33,118 nt of DNA from Octopus bimaculoides. Taxonomy: Eukaryota. The translations under genes were made by a program, and so were the position numbers. Of the stretch, positions 10,142 to 21,450 are shown piece by piece. Location: assembly GCF_001194135.2 (NCBI RefSeq), contig NC_068994.1, positions 28,622,053 to 28,655,170 on the forward strand, written 5' to 3'. How positions within the stretch are numbered: position 1 is the stretch's first letter; every line of letters starts with the position of its first letter. The notes under the pieces are model-generated. The model was not told where the DNA came from and did no database searches. It saw nothing but the letters and a program-made list of their open reading frames with translations.

Positions 10142-10954
10142 NNNNNNNNNNNNNNNNNNNNNNNNNNNNNNNNNNNNNNNNNNNNNNNNNNNNNNNNNNN
10201 NNNNNNNNNNNNNNNNNNNNNNNNNNNNNNNNNNNNNNNNNNNNNNNNNNNNNNNNNNNNNNNNNNNNNNNNNNNNNNNNNNNNNNNNNNNNNNNNNNNN
10301 NNNNNNNNNNNNNNNNNNNNNNNNNNNNNNNNNNNNNNNNNNNNNNNNNNNNNNNNNNNNNNNNNNNNNNNNNNNNNNNNNNNNNNNNNNNNNNNNNNNN
10401 NNNNNNNNNNNNNNNNNNNNNNNNNNNNNNNNNNNNNNNNNNNNNNNNNNNNNNNNNNNNNNNNNNNNNNNNNNNNNNNNNNNNNNNNNNNNNNNNNNNN
10501 NNNNNNNNNNNNNNNNNNNNNNNNNNNNNNNNNNNNNNNNNNNNNNNNNNNNNNNNNNNNNNNNNNNNNNNNNNNNNNNNNNNNNNNNNNNNNNNNNNNN
10601 NNNNNNNNNNNNNNNNNNNNNNNNNNNNNNNNNNNNNNNNNNNNNNNNNNNNNNNNNNNNNNNNNNNNNNNNNNNNNNNNNNNNNNNNNNNNNNNNNNNN
10701 NNNNNNNNNNNNNNNNNNNNNNNNNNNNNNNNNNNNNNNNNNNNNNNNNNNNNNNNNNNNNNNNNNNNNNNNNNNNNNNNNNNNNNNNNNNNNNNNNNNN
10801 NNNNNNNNNNNNNNNNNNNNNNNNNNNNNNNNNNNNNNNNNNNNNNNNNNNNNNNNNNNNNNNNNNNNNNNNNNNNNNNNNNNNNNNNNNNNNNNNNNNN
10901 NNNNNNNNNNNNNNNNNNNNNNNNNNNNNNNNNNNNNNNNNNNNNNNNNNNNNN
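10142..10954. other. Assembly gap (N); further gaps at 12035-12639, 22382-22602, 28077-28086, 30194-30247, 31309-31972
   Basis: N runs, several of them bordered by microsatellites. Confidence 1.
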
Positions 10955-11876
10955 TTTAAGTATAAATTGATTTCGAAAAAATGTTCCGGTAAATGGCGGA
11001 GGAATAACATTTGGGTGTGGTTGAACGGAGGGTGTAATTATTTTTAAGCTTCCAAGGGAAATAACCCACTCCCTCATTCGTAAATTATTTGGTAAAAATG
11101 AAATAGAATATCCTTATTTCTTAGTATTTGAACTATTTTAGTTATTTTCTCAATTTATCCAGTACAACGCTTAAACAAGTAAATATAAACTTCACACGCA
11201 CATTGCTTATGTGTCTGGGGAGGTTTTAAGTATAAATTGATTTCGAAAAAACGTTCGGGTAAACATTTGCAGCTGACAGGCTAGGACTTCAACGGTCCCC
11301 AAGTAAGTTTTGGCCATTAAAAGCTTTCACTTACCATCCCAGAAAACAGAATTTCACAGAAGCATGTTATGCCTTCATTTCAACCATTGCAAAAATCAAC
11401 AAACAGAGAAGAAGCACCGCAAAACAAAGACGCACCACATGGCAGTACAACGCCATCTGACGATGCTAGTCGGCAGACTGATATCTGAGGGTCGCATCAA
11501 GTGTCTTCTAGTGGCAGAACCTTGAACTACAACGGGCTTGTCCCACAGAGAATGTTTCTGGTTACTTTTGGGTACCCTCTCATATATATCTGAGTTTGTA
11601 TGATTGTGTATAGAACAATATATTAATCCCTGAAATTCCAACTTCATCTGATTTTTACATTTTTTGCAAAATAATAAAATGTGAAAATCAGATGAAGTTA
11701 GAATTTCATTGATTAATATGTATATATATATAATATAATAAATGCAGAAACTGATTTCTGTGTGTCAGTGTGTCACACTTTGACCCCCCTCTCTCACTAT
11801 TCAATGACACTTCTTCATGCTGGGGTAAGAGTAATCGTAGGCATAGTGACGGTGAGGGCAGTGGTGAAGACAAGGT

Positions 11877-11999
11877 GAGAGAGAGAGAGAGAGAAAGAAG
11901 GAAAAAGAGAGGGAGAGAAAGAGAGACAAAGAAATTTAGGGAGAGTTGATGATGTTTTATTAAAAGTTGTAGTGTTGATAGCTGCAATGGCAGTAATGA

Positions 12000-12034
<35 letters not shown>
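11877..12034. repeat. (GA)n tracts and GA-rich low-complexity DNA
   Basis: (GA)n at 11877-11894 and 12004-12034, the latter running into a gap. Confidence 0.95.
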
Positions 12035-12899
12035 NNNNNNNNNNNNNNNNNNNNNNNNNNNNNNNNNNNNNNNNNNNNNNNNNNNNNNNNNNNNNNNNNN
12101 NNNNNNNNNNNNNNNNNNNNNNNNNNNNNNNNNNNNNNNNNNNNNNNNNNNNNNNNNNNNNNNNNNNNNNNNNNNNNNNNNNNNNNNNNNNNNNNNNNNN
12201 NNNNNNNNNNNNNNNNNNNNNNNNNNNNNNNNNNNNNNNNNNNNNNNNNNNNNNNNNNNNNNNNNNNNNNNNNNNNNNNNNNNNNNNNNNNNNNNNNNNN
12301 NNNNNNNNNNNNNNNNNNNNNNNNNNNNNNNNNNNNNNNNNNNNNNNNNNNNNNNNNNNNNNNNNNNNNNNNNNNNNNNNNNNNNNNNNNNNNNNNNNNN
12401 NNNNNNNNNNNNNNNNNNNNNNNNNNNNNNNNNNNNNNNNNNNNNNNNNNNNNNNNNNNNNNNNNNNNNNNNNNNNNNNNNNNNNNNNNNNNNNNNNNNN
12501 NNNNNNNNNNNNNNNNNNNNNNNNNNNNNNNNNNNNNNNNNNNNNNNNNNNNNNNNNNNNNNNNNNNNNNNNNNNNNNNNNNNNNNNNNNNNNNNNNNNN
12601 NNNNNNNNNNNNNNNNNNNNNNNNNNNNNNNNNNNNNNNGAACACCATAATTGTGGTTTTATTTTTTGCTTTCTTTAATACGTACATACATATTTAGTAG
12701 AAAGTGGGTTATACATCTTTAGATTGTATACCTGACTTTCTACTAAAAGATTAAAGAAATTGACGGAACGCTGAACTCCAGACTAAACAACTTAAACAAC
12801 ATTTATTTACTTGGTAAAACATACATATCTTTTAGTTATACATCTTTAGAGGTGAGAATAACGAGCTGTCGAGTATAAGACCGAAAGATGTAGAGACAG

Positions 12900-13015
12900 C
12901 TTTAAACACACGTCCTTGCTCAATCGCTGGCCAGCGAGAAAGAGAATGAATTGAGCGGGAAACGCTTGCTTGTTTAATTTTACGCATGCGTAAGACTATG
13001 CATGCGCAGGCGTTA
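12900..13015. promoter_or_regulatory. CpG-enriched candidate promoter with NRF1/Ewg-like GCATGCG motifs
   Basis: TACGCATGCGTA and TGCATGCGCAGGCG at ~12981-13012 in a locally CpG-rich, otherwise non-repeat stretch about 1.9 kb upstream of the zinc-finger ATG. Direction unknown. Confidence 0.3.
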
Positions 13016-13089
13016 CTACACATACATACATACATACATACATCTCTCTTTCGGAGAGGCACAAGTACCTATACACAGATATACACACG

Positions 13090-13246
13090 CAGCAGTAACT
13101 TCTGCCTACCAAATTCAATTACAAAGCTCTGTTCGGCCTGAGGCTATAGCAGAAGACACTTGCTCAGGGTGCCACGCGGTGGCACTGAACCTGAAACCAT
13201 ATAGCTGGGAAGCAAGCTTCTTAACCACACAGCCATGCCTGCACCT
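13090..13246 (-). mobile_element. tRNA-derived SINE head (family A)
   Basis: Reverse complement of the 27932-28076 head, with A box TGGCTGTGTGG and B box GGTTCAGT. Confidence 0.88.
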
Positions 13247-13362
13247 ATATATATGTATATGTATATGTATATGTTTGTGTGTGTACATATATACATACAC
13301 ACACACACACACACACACAAAATACACTTCAATTGAAATACAGTTTTCCAAAATTAAACATA

Positions 13363-13747
13363 TCTAATATAATAAATGTGAATGTCAGTGTGTCAGTGTG
13401 TCATACTTTTTCAACTTTACTTCTAGAGGCTGTAGCCCAACATATCATACCATTTTGGAATCGGGCTGACTCTGTGAGTAAATTAAAAACATTCTGGGCT
13501 GAATCTGGACCTGCAATCCTGAAATTTTGGATTCTTGTTTTCATTACTGAGATTGTTTTCAGCAATTTTTTTTACATGATTTTTAGTGACGAATATGATC
13601 ATCCTTGGGGTATGACTCTGGAGGAAGCAATTGCAACAAATTCTCCCAAACAAGTCAGAGATTTGTTTGCAGATCTTCCCATTCAGGATTAGTTGCTCAA
13701 AAGCTACATACTAGCTTAAAAGCCACCTGATATGGCAGCTTTTAAGC

Positions 13748-13750
<3 letters not shown>
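13363..13750 (+). mobile_element. Helitron-like non-autonomous fragment carrying a RepHel peptide remnant
   Basis: Starts A|TCTAATATAATAAATG, a sequence shared with ~11730-11780. It encodes DEYDHPWGMTLEEAIATNSPKQVRDLFA, resembling the D..W..TL.EA....P.Q.R.LFA motif of Helitron RepHel. A terminal 12-bp hairpin lies at 13712-13749. Confidence 0.6.
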
Positions 13751-13787
<37 letters not shown>

Positions 13788-13829
13788 TTCTGATAGCTTT
13801 ACATATAAATCTCCTACCTACCTACCTAC

Positions 13830-13900
<71 letters not shown>
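13750..13900. repeat. (TA)n and (CCTA)n/(CTAT)n microsatellites
   Basis: Direct reading. Confidence 0.95.
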
Positions 13901-14371
13901 ATCTAATCTACCCTTCTTTATAATACTTGCTTTCTCTTCCTTCTCCTTTCTCTTAGCACTGAGTCTACATTGTCCCTTACATATTCCTTTCATGTGACAC
14001 AGTTGGAAATCAGAAAAATGAAAAATAAAAAGGGATGCATGACTTGACCTTTTGTCATATTGTTGCCTTATTATTAACTCCAGGATGGTCCCCTATCACA
14101 CTGATGCACACTCCAAACAAATCAAAAAGGCTTCTCTTCTTTGCAGACTACCTCATGTTCAACTGGAATCTTTTATTGAAATATTTCAAAATATCTAGTA
14201 GTGACTGTCAGATAGCCCCCTATAAAAGTGTTACATGTTCCAACCCAAGTAAAAGGACGTCTGTTGTGAAATGCTTATTTGTCAGATTTTATTTAGTATA
14301 CCAATGTATGATCATGTGACTCATGACTTTCATTAAGAATGGGTAAAACACGAGTGACAATTTAATTTAAG

Positions 14372-14480
<109 letters not shown>

Positions 14481-14888
14481 CATTTCCTAATCTTAGGAAT
14501 ATTTAACTGCTATTTCTAGAAATTCAAGGTTCCTTCATTGAGTGTGGTGAACATAGATATACATCAGTTAATATTCAGTTATCTAACCCTTTCCACTCCC
14601 ACAATGTGTTTTGGAAATGCATGAACATCACAACTTGCCCTTTTCATGTTTTCAAAAAAGTGGTTGTATTTATTATTGTATGTTCTTTTTATTGTTTATT
14701 TGTTTATCTAAAGCTAAAATGAATTATTTTATTTTCTACCATCTACAGAGCGTGTCGAGAGCAGCAGTGTTTTGTCAACTGACCATTCCATGAATGAGGT
14801 AGGATCTGTCTTACATTCCTACTTCTTGTAAAAGTGTTCAAGTCATCAAGTGAACCAAGGACTAGACTCAAGTGACCAACAACACATC

Positions 14889-17012
14889 ATGCTATTCGAC
14901 TGCGATGAGTGTATGAATCTTTCGGTTCAAAACAGTACATCAATGCCATGTAAAAAGAGAATTAATTCTTACAATGACAGCAATCCATATAAATGCCAGA
15001 TGTGCAACATCAGTAATAAGGGTGGCTGCTGTGGAGATGATAATGAGGAGCAAGGGGAATGTATCAACCCTTCATCCTGTGGAAGTACATCATCATATGG
15101 AGGAGACTGCTCTATGTCATGTGCGGAAAAGAACTGTAACTTTCAACTACCCCCACTACCAATGCCACCACCCTTATCAGGAAGATCACCAATGCAGGGT
15201 AATCCACTTCCACCCAAGCTGTTTGACTGCAAGATCTGCTGGAAAGCATTCAGTCAGCGATCCCATGTTAGTGTTCACAAACAGATCCATTCTGCAGTTT
15301 TGCCCTACAAGTGTGATCTGTGTGAAAAGAGCTTCCCACGTTTGCAAAACTTGGAACGTCACAAGAAAACACACGAGGATGGCAAATTGTTCAACTGTGA
15401 AGTTTGCAGTAAAAGTTTCCGCCAGCGATCGCATCTCAAGGCTCATACCCGTGTGCATTCAGGGGAGAGACCATTCAAGTGTGAGGTATGTGGTTATGCA
15501 TTTTCTCGAAATGGCAATCTGGCCAGGCACAATAAAATGCACAGATCCAAAAAGAAACACTTGTTTGAAAATTCATCATCAGAAAATGCTCTGGTTCTTC
15601 CACTTAAAAATGCTTCGAAAAAGAATGGCAAGTTACACAAAAATGGTTTTCTTAACAAAAATACAAACAAAGACTGCTTGATTTACAAGAAAGGAAATTT
15701 ATTAGACTGTGCCATTTGTTGGCGTGTTTTCAGCCAACGTTCACACGTTAGTGTCCATCGGCGTATTCACAAGGCTGTTCAGCCTTATCAGTGTTCACTT
15801 TGTGGCAAATCTTTTACCCAGTATGGCAACATGCTAAGACACAAGCGTCTACATATGGGCGAACGTAGGTTTGTCTGCAATGTATGTCCAAAAGCCTTTA
15901 CACAGCGTACACATCTGAAAGTGCATCAACGACTGCACACAGGAGAAATGCCATTTAAATGTGGCATTTGTGGTTTCTCTTTTACCAGGAATGGCAATCT
16001 CATGCGTCACATGCGGCTTCATTCAAAGTTAGGGCAATTTGGCCCTCCTGCAACGAACATTCCTGAGACTGGACAAGCTGTGTTCCCACAAAACCTGCAT
16101 TTAGATGAAGACGACAAGGATGGAAGTAACTGCAACATGGGTTTGGTGACTAATCAAGGTGAGGAGTGCGACCATGCAGATGACACAGACAACATGCAGT
16201 TAGACTGTGGTGCTTGCTGGAGGAACTTCACACGTTCACAGCAAGTGAGTAGCAGCAACAAATGGATGCAAACATTTGCTTGCAACATCTGTGGCAAAGG
16301 TTTTACCAACACGAATGACTTGGACCGCCATCAACGTGTACATATGCCTGGTGCCAAGCGATTCCCATGTGAAGTGTGCCACAAGACCTTCTCACAGAAA
16401 TCCCATATGAAAGCTCACATGCGGATACACACTGGAGAGCGACCATACAAATGTGAAGACTGTGGCTATTCATTTTCCCGTGTCGGCAACTTGATACGTC
16501 ATAGGCGTGGGAACAAGAAGAAAGGAAAACGGTGGAGTTGTGTCAACAGACGCAACCTTGAATCAGTTCCTATTAGCATCCCTAATACACCCATCAGTAT
16601 CACTTCAGCCACCACTACCTCCACTACAAACAACAACAACAACAACAGCAGTAACAACAGTAACAATAACAGCAATAACGGTGACAGCAACAACAATATC
16701 CAGTCAAGTGCTGACACCAAAGAGTTGCCCAGAGAAACTTCTCAACAAAACCTTCCCACCCAGATGGTGACCAGTGGGGTGGAAGAGGGCAGTATCACCC
16801 CTGTCACTAGCAGTGTTGCTAGCAGCAGCAACAGTAGCAGCAGTGAAAACCAATCAGGTACCAGCCCTCTCACTCACCAAGTTGGTATCCCACATCAGAT
16901 GTCTGTCCACCCACGACACTCCAACATGTCACACCACACCAGTGTGACTTCACATCATAGTAGCAGCTCATTGGGACAGGATCACCAGTTAGGGTTGTCT
17001 TCTGCACAGCAG

Positions 17013-17044
<32 letters not shown>

Positions 17045-17543
17045 GCAGCAGCAACAACAACAACAGCAACATGCATCACTTCCACAACTTCCTCCACCCC
17101 CACCTCCACCCCCACCCCAGACACATCACCAGCATCAACCACAAACGCCACACCCAACAGGTATGGGGGGTCATCACCATCCTCATCACCCCCATCAACC
17201 GCAACAACAGCATCATCATCATCAACAACAACAACAGCAACAGTCCCATTCCCACCATCAATCACTCAGCCTCCCACCCCACCACCCAACCAGCGTCCTC
17301 TCGCAACACACAAATGTCTCCACACATCCACTTGGCATGCCACATCATTCCAGCCTTCCACGTCACCTCAACATGATCCAACCCCACCCAGCGACCGTGC
17401 CACACCAGCTCAACGTGCTGCAGCAACACCATCACCACCAGCATGCTGGTGCTGCACCGCACCAGCTTGGCATATCACAACAGCTTAACCTCCCACACCA
17501 CATCAATGTCCCACTCTACATCAATGTACCAACCTCCACATAA
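14889..17543 (+). CDS. C2H2 zinc-finger protein: Cys-rich N-terminus, 10 canonical plus 2 degenerate fingers in three 4-finger modules, N/S/Q/P/H-rich C-terminal tail
   Basis: Uninterrupted ORF; the first ATG is at 14889 and the frame opens at 14832. Finger modules lie at 15222-15542, 15702-16022 and ~16200-16514 with (T/S)GE(R/M)P linkers. It includes Q21 (17007-17069) and P9. An upstream exon cannot be excluded. Confidence 0.93.
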
Positions 17544-17704
17544 AGGGAGAAGACGGTGATATATATAAATACAATCACACACATACACACACACACACAC
17601 ACAGATATATGATTGATTAAACTGATGTATCATGTATGCATATATATTTTATATTTCATGTAAATATATATATCATATGCATATATATGTATATTATATA
17701 TCAA

Positions 17705-17850
17705 TGTCGTCATCGTCATCATCATCATCATCAATTTCATATAAACTTTTCCATGCTTGCATGGGTCAGATTTTCAATGGTCAGATGCCCTTCCTGTTGC
17801 CAACACTTAGCTACTTCTGAGCAAGGTAATATTTCCCTTGGCCAAATATA
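17705..17850 (-). mobile_element. SINE/LINE 3' tail fragment with (GAT)n end in the probable 3'UTR
   Basis: Reverse complement of the GGTTGGC..AGGAAGGGCATC...CCCA.GC.AGCATGG tail seen at 30915-31060. Confidence 0.7.
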
Positions 17851-18159
17851 TCTTATATGTAAAACTGGAAATTAGGAAACATAAATAAACATATATAAAT
17901 GCACACATGCACACACACACACACACACATGCACACATTCACACACTATAAGTAAGAATATATATGCATCTCTATGTCTTCTTCAGGAACTTTAATCTTT
18001 TTATCCCATTTAAATAGAAAATAGCCACCTTTTTAGATGTTAGATAAGACCTACGATCCAAATTGCATTATCCCTACCCTAAACCCATTGAGAGTCTCCA
18101 TTATATCCATAAATTATCAAGTCATTCCAAATATGTTACAGAAGGCATAGTTAGAAATA

Positions 18160-19045
18160 TTGGGTTGCCAGACAAATTCATTTGTTTTTTGTTTTTCCAT
18201 TTATTTTAACCCCCTTTTTTTTATCAATAATCTTAAAACAGTCAATAATATATTCTCCTTCACTATTCACAACTTCTTGTCAAGATTCCACTAGTTGTCA
18301 ATGTCTTTGTTGTAGAGATCACCAAGTCTTGACTCAAAGAATTCATGAAGCCATGTTTTCAATTCCACATTGCAGACTCTTAGAGAGTGACCAAAAAAAA
18401 AGGTGTTAATCTGAAGTCACTATATCAGGTGTATATGGTGAGTGAAGTGGAACTTTCCAACCGAATTACATTTCTGATCAAATTAGAGATGTAGAGGTGG
18501 GCATTGTTGTGTTGAAGAAGCAAGCTATGTTGCTGGTTGGATCATTTCAGCTGGATTGCTGATCAAAAGAAAGTGACAGGCGATAGTATTATGAGAGTAT
18601 CCCATCTGCTGGGCTATTTCACTTGTAGATTGGTGTGGATCTTTGTGGATGAGCTTGTTCAATTGGTCCTTATTGAATTGAACAGGTCAGCTAGAACACA
18701 GAGAGTTTGTGAGATCAAATCTCCCTTCCTTGAAGCATGCAAGACATTTCTGTGCATTTCTTTCAGTAATAGCACATTCTCTGTACACAGCACAAATGTC
18801 TTGAGTGGTTTTGGCAGTTTTGGAACCACGATTATATGTGAAGAGAAGCAAATATTGAAAAGGCTCAGTTTTTTTCTTCTTGGCACTCCTTTGTTGTACA
18901 TCTGAAAATAGGTAAAATTTACACAAATTTATAAAGCAATAAACAAAAACTGTTGAGCAAGAACTATAAAACACTGCAATAAAAAAAATTTGTGTTACTT
19001 TAAATAACAGTAGATAGAAACAAGTGAATTCATCTGACAACCTAA
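18160..19045 (-). mobile_element. Internally deleted mariner (886 bp) with both TIRs
   Basis: TIRs TTGGGTTGCCAGACAAATTCATTTGTTT and TTAGGTTGTCAGATGAATTCACTTGTTT match at 23/28 and are flanked by TA. Remnants are FQYLLLFTYNRGSK...FKEGRFDL (HTH), LQHNNA and HSPYTPDIVTSD*HLF (degenerate YSPDLAPSD). Confidence 0.88.
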
Positions 19046-19188
19046 TATATTAATTAGGATATCTAACTTTTCCATGAATGAAAGAATCTTTAACAATAAT
19101 ACATACTATTCTAACAAGGTTTTCAACAGTTGCCATTATAGGAAGAAGGTTAAGTTATTCACCATTACACCCCCCCCACACACACACG

Positions 19189-19249
<61 letters not shown>

Positions 19250-19507
19250 GAATAACCTAATCCTCTCTATAATAGTAACTAGAAAACCTTGTTAGAATAT
19301 CATGTGTTATTGTCATGGTGGTGGGCAGCAAACACAAACACAAGACACACATACATAGATATATACATACATGCATACATATGCATAATGCACACACACA
19401 CACACACTATAGACTTCTTTCAGTTTCCATCTACCAAATCTACTCACAATATATACAAATATAATATGAATATATATAATATACATATATGCTATATATC
19501 TATATAT

Positions 19508-19873
19508 AGTGGAGGGGCAATGGCCCAGTGATTAGGGCAGTGGACTCGTGGTTGTAGGATTGTGGTTTCGATTCCCAGACTGGGTGTTGTGAGTGTTTAT
19601 TGAGTGAAAACACCTAAAACTCCACGAGGCTCCAGTGGGGGTGGGGGGAACCCTGCTGTATTCTTTCACCGCAATTTTCTCTCACTCTTTCTTCCTGTTT
19701 CTGTTATACCTGTATTTCAAATGGCCAGCCTTGTCACACACTGTGTCATGCTGAATTTCCCCAAGAACTATGTTAAGGGTACACGTGTTTGTGGAGTGCT
19801 CAGCCACTTGCACATTAATTTCATGCGCAGGCTGTTCTGTTGATCAGATCAATTGGAACTCTCGTCATTGTAA
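19508..19873 (+). mobile_element. tRNA-derived SINE (second family)
   Basis: A box TGGCCCAGTGATTAGG and B box GTTTCGATTCC, ~365 bp, inserted between TA-rich tracts. Confidence 0.75.
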
Positions 19874-19874
19874 C

Positions 19875-19891
19875 ACACACATATATATATA

Positions 19892-19939
<48 letters not shown>

Positions 19940-20045
19940 AATATATATATATATATAAATATATATGTAAATATATATATATATATATAAATATATATGT
20001 GTGTGTGTGTGTGTGTATGTATGTACGTATGCATATATGTATGTA
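19875..20045. repeat. Compound (TA)n/(TG)n/(TATG)n microsatellite
   Basis: Direct reading. Confidence 0.95.
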
Positions 20046-20116
20046 AATATGAGAAAAATTGTCATTTCTGTGATCAGAGCCTGCCCCTACTTAACTATAC
20101 GAACAATAATTTATTG

Positions 20117-20228
20117 AGTCATACCCCCTCCTCCTCCTCGTTGTCATCATCATCATCATTCCCATCATCATCATCATCCTCATCCTCATCATCATTCTCA
20201 TCCTCATCATCATTCTCATCCTCATCAT
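20117..20228. repeat. (TCA)/(TCC) compound trinucleotide repeat
   Basis: Direct reading; no coding support. Confidence 0.9.
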
Positions 20229-20626
20229 TAGCTTCAATTGTCATTTACAGGAATTTGTAGACAAAGATATACTAAAAAAACCATCCAGCAAGCTAAAAGT
20301 CTTCAATGTTTTCAGTGCCAATAAACATAACATACCAAGACATTTTCTATCTTTTATGAATTTGACTATCAGGAACTAACTGACATCACAGGACAAAAAT
20401 ATCACCAGCGTCAACTGCACAGTGGCTTGAATCTTATGATGAAGGCTATAAGATCTTCACTGATATCATTGGTGTCATTTCTTAACATCACATCATAACA
20501 TGGACTCAATCCCTTATCATACTATGATTTTTACAATATCATGTTGCAAGTCTTGTTATGTCTTGTTTATAAATGGACCCTAGTATAAACTATAACATTG
20601 GGCTTGACAATCTCAAACAATGTGTG

Positions 20627-20658
<32 letters not shown>

Positions 20659-20856
20659 TGTATATGTATATATCAGTCCATGAATTCCTATTCTTGGTCA
20701 CTGGAGTGAATTAATTTTCAAATACTTACAATCAAATCTTTACTCTACAAATATATTGAGTTCTCTCTTTCCTGGAGGATGTCATATCTAGTAAACTATA
20801 CTTATTCTTCAGCATATGTGCATATGTAAATATATATAGATGTGTGTATCTATGTT

Positions 20857-20917
<61 letters not shown>

Positions 20918-21096
20918 ACAATTAATGAGAGAGATGGAAGATGGAATATATGAGCATCTTTATTGATCACTACAATAGGCAGTGAATGTGCTATACTGGC
21001 AAACTACCAGGTGTGTGTGTGTGTGTGTAACTTAAATACATGCCGTTGGCCACTTTGAGTAATTCCCTTAGCTCATTTTTGTTTATATATATATAA

Positions 21097-21450
21097 AGTG
21101 CAGAAGTGGCTGTGTGGAAAGAAGTTTGCTTCCCTACCTCATGATTCTGAGTTCGGTTCCACTGCATTGCACCTTGGGCAAGTATCTACTATGGCTTCAG
21201 ACCAACCAAAGTTTTGTATGTTGATTTGGTAGAGGGTAACTGAAAGAAATCAGTTGTGTGTGTGTGTGTGTGTCTTTGTATCTGTGTTTGTTCCCCGCCA
21301 CTGTTTGACAACTGGTGTTGGTGTGTTTATGTCCCCACAATTAACAATTCAGCAAACAAGACTGATAAAATAAGTACCAGGCTTTAAAAAAAAAAAGTAT
21401 TGGGATTAATTCATTTAACTAAAATTCCACAAGACAATGCCTCAGCATAG
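21097..21450 (+). mobile_element. Family A SINE: head, (TG)n, tail
   Basis: Homologous to 27932-28330; contains the CORE-like CCTTGGGCAAGT motif. Confidence 0.85.

Noticed and set aside
10030-12697. Long ORFs in the track spanning N runs (also 22320-22817 and 30969-32078)
   Set aside because: These are artefacts of translating gaps; only the RTE stretch at 31100-31308 is real coding remnant.
14974-17462. Overlapping ORFs in other frames or on the minus strand of the zinc-finger gene
   Set aside because: Shadow ORFs of a repetitive, biased coding sequence; no independent motifs.
19508-19590. tRNA gene call for the SINE heads (also 27932 and 32943)
   Set aside because: A/B boxes are present, but I could not make out a full cloverleaf, and the sequence continues into a multicopy SINE body.
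20232-20335. Possible terminal exon (acceptor TTGTCATTTACAG at ~20250, AATAAA at ~20329)
   Set aside because: No ORF or other support; such signals are common in AT-rich DNA.
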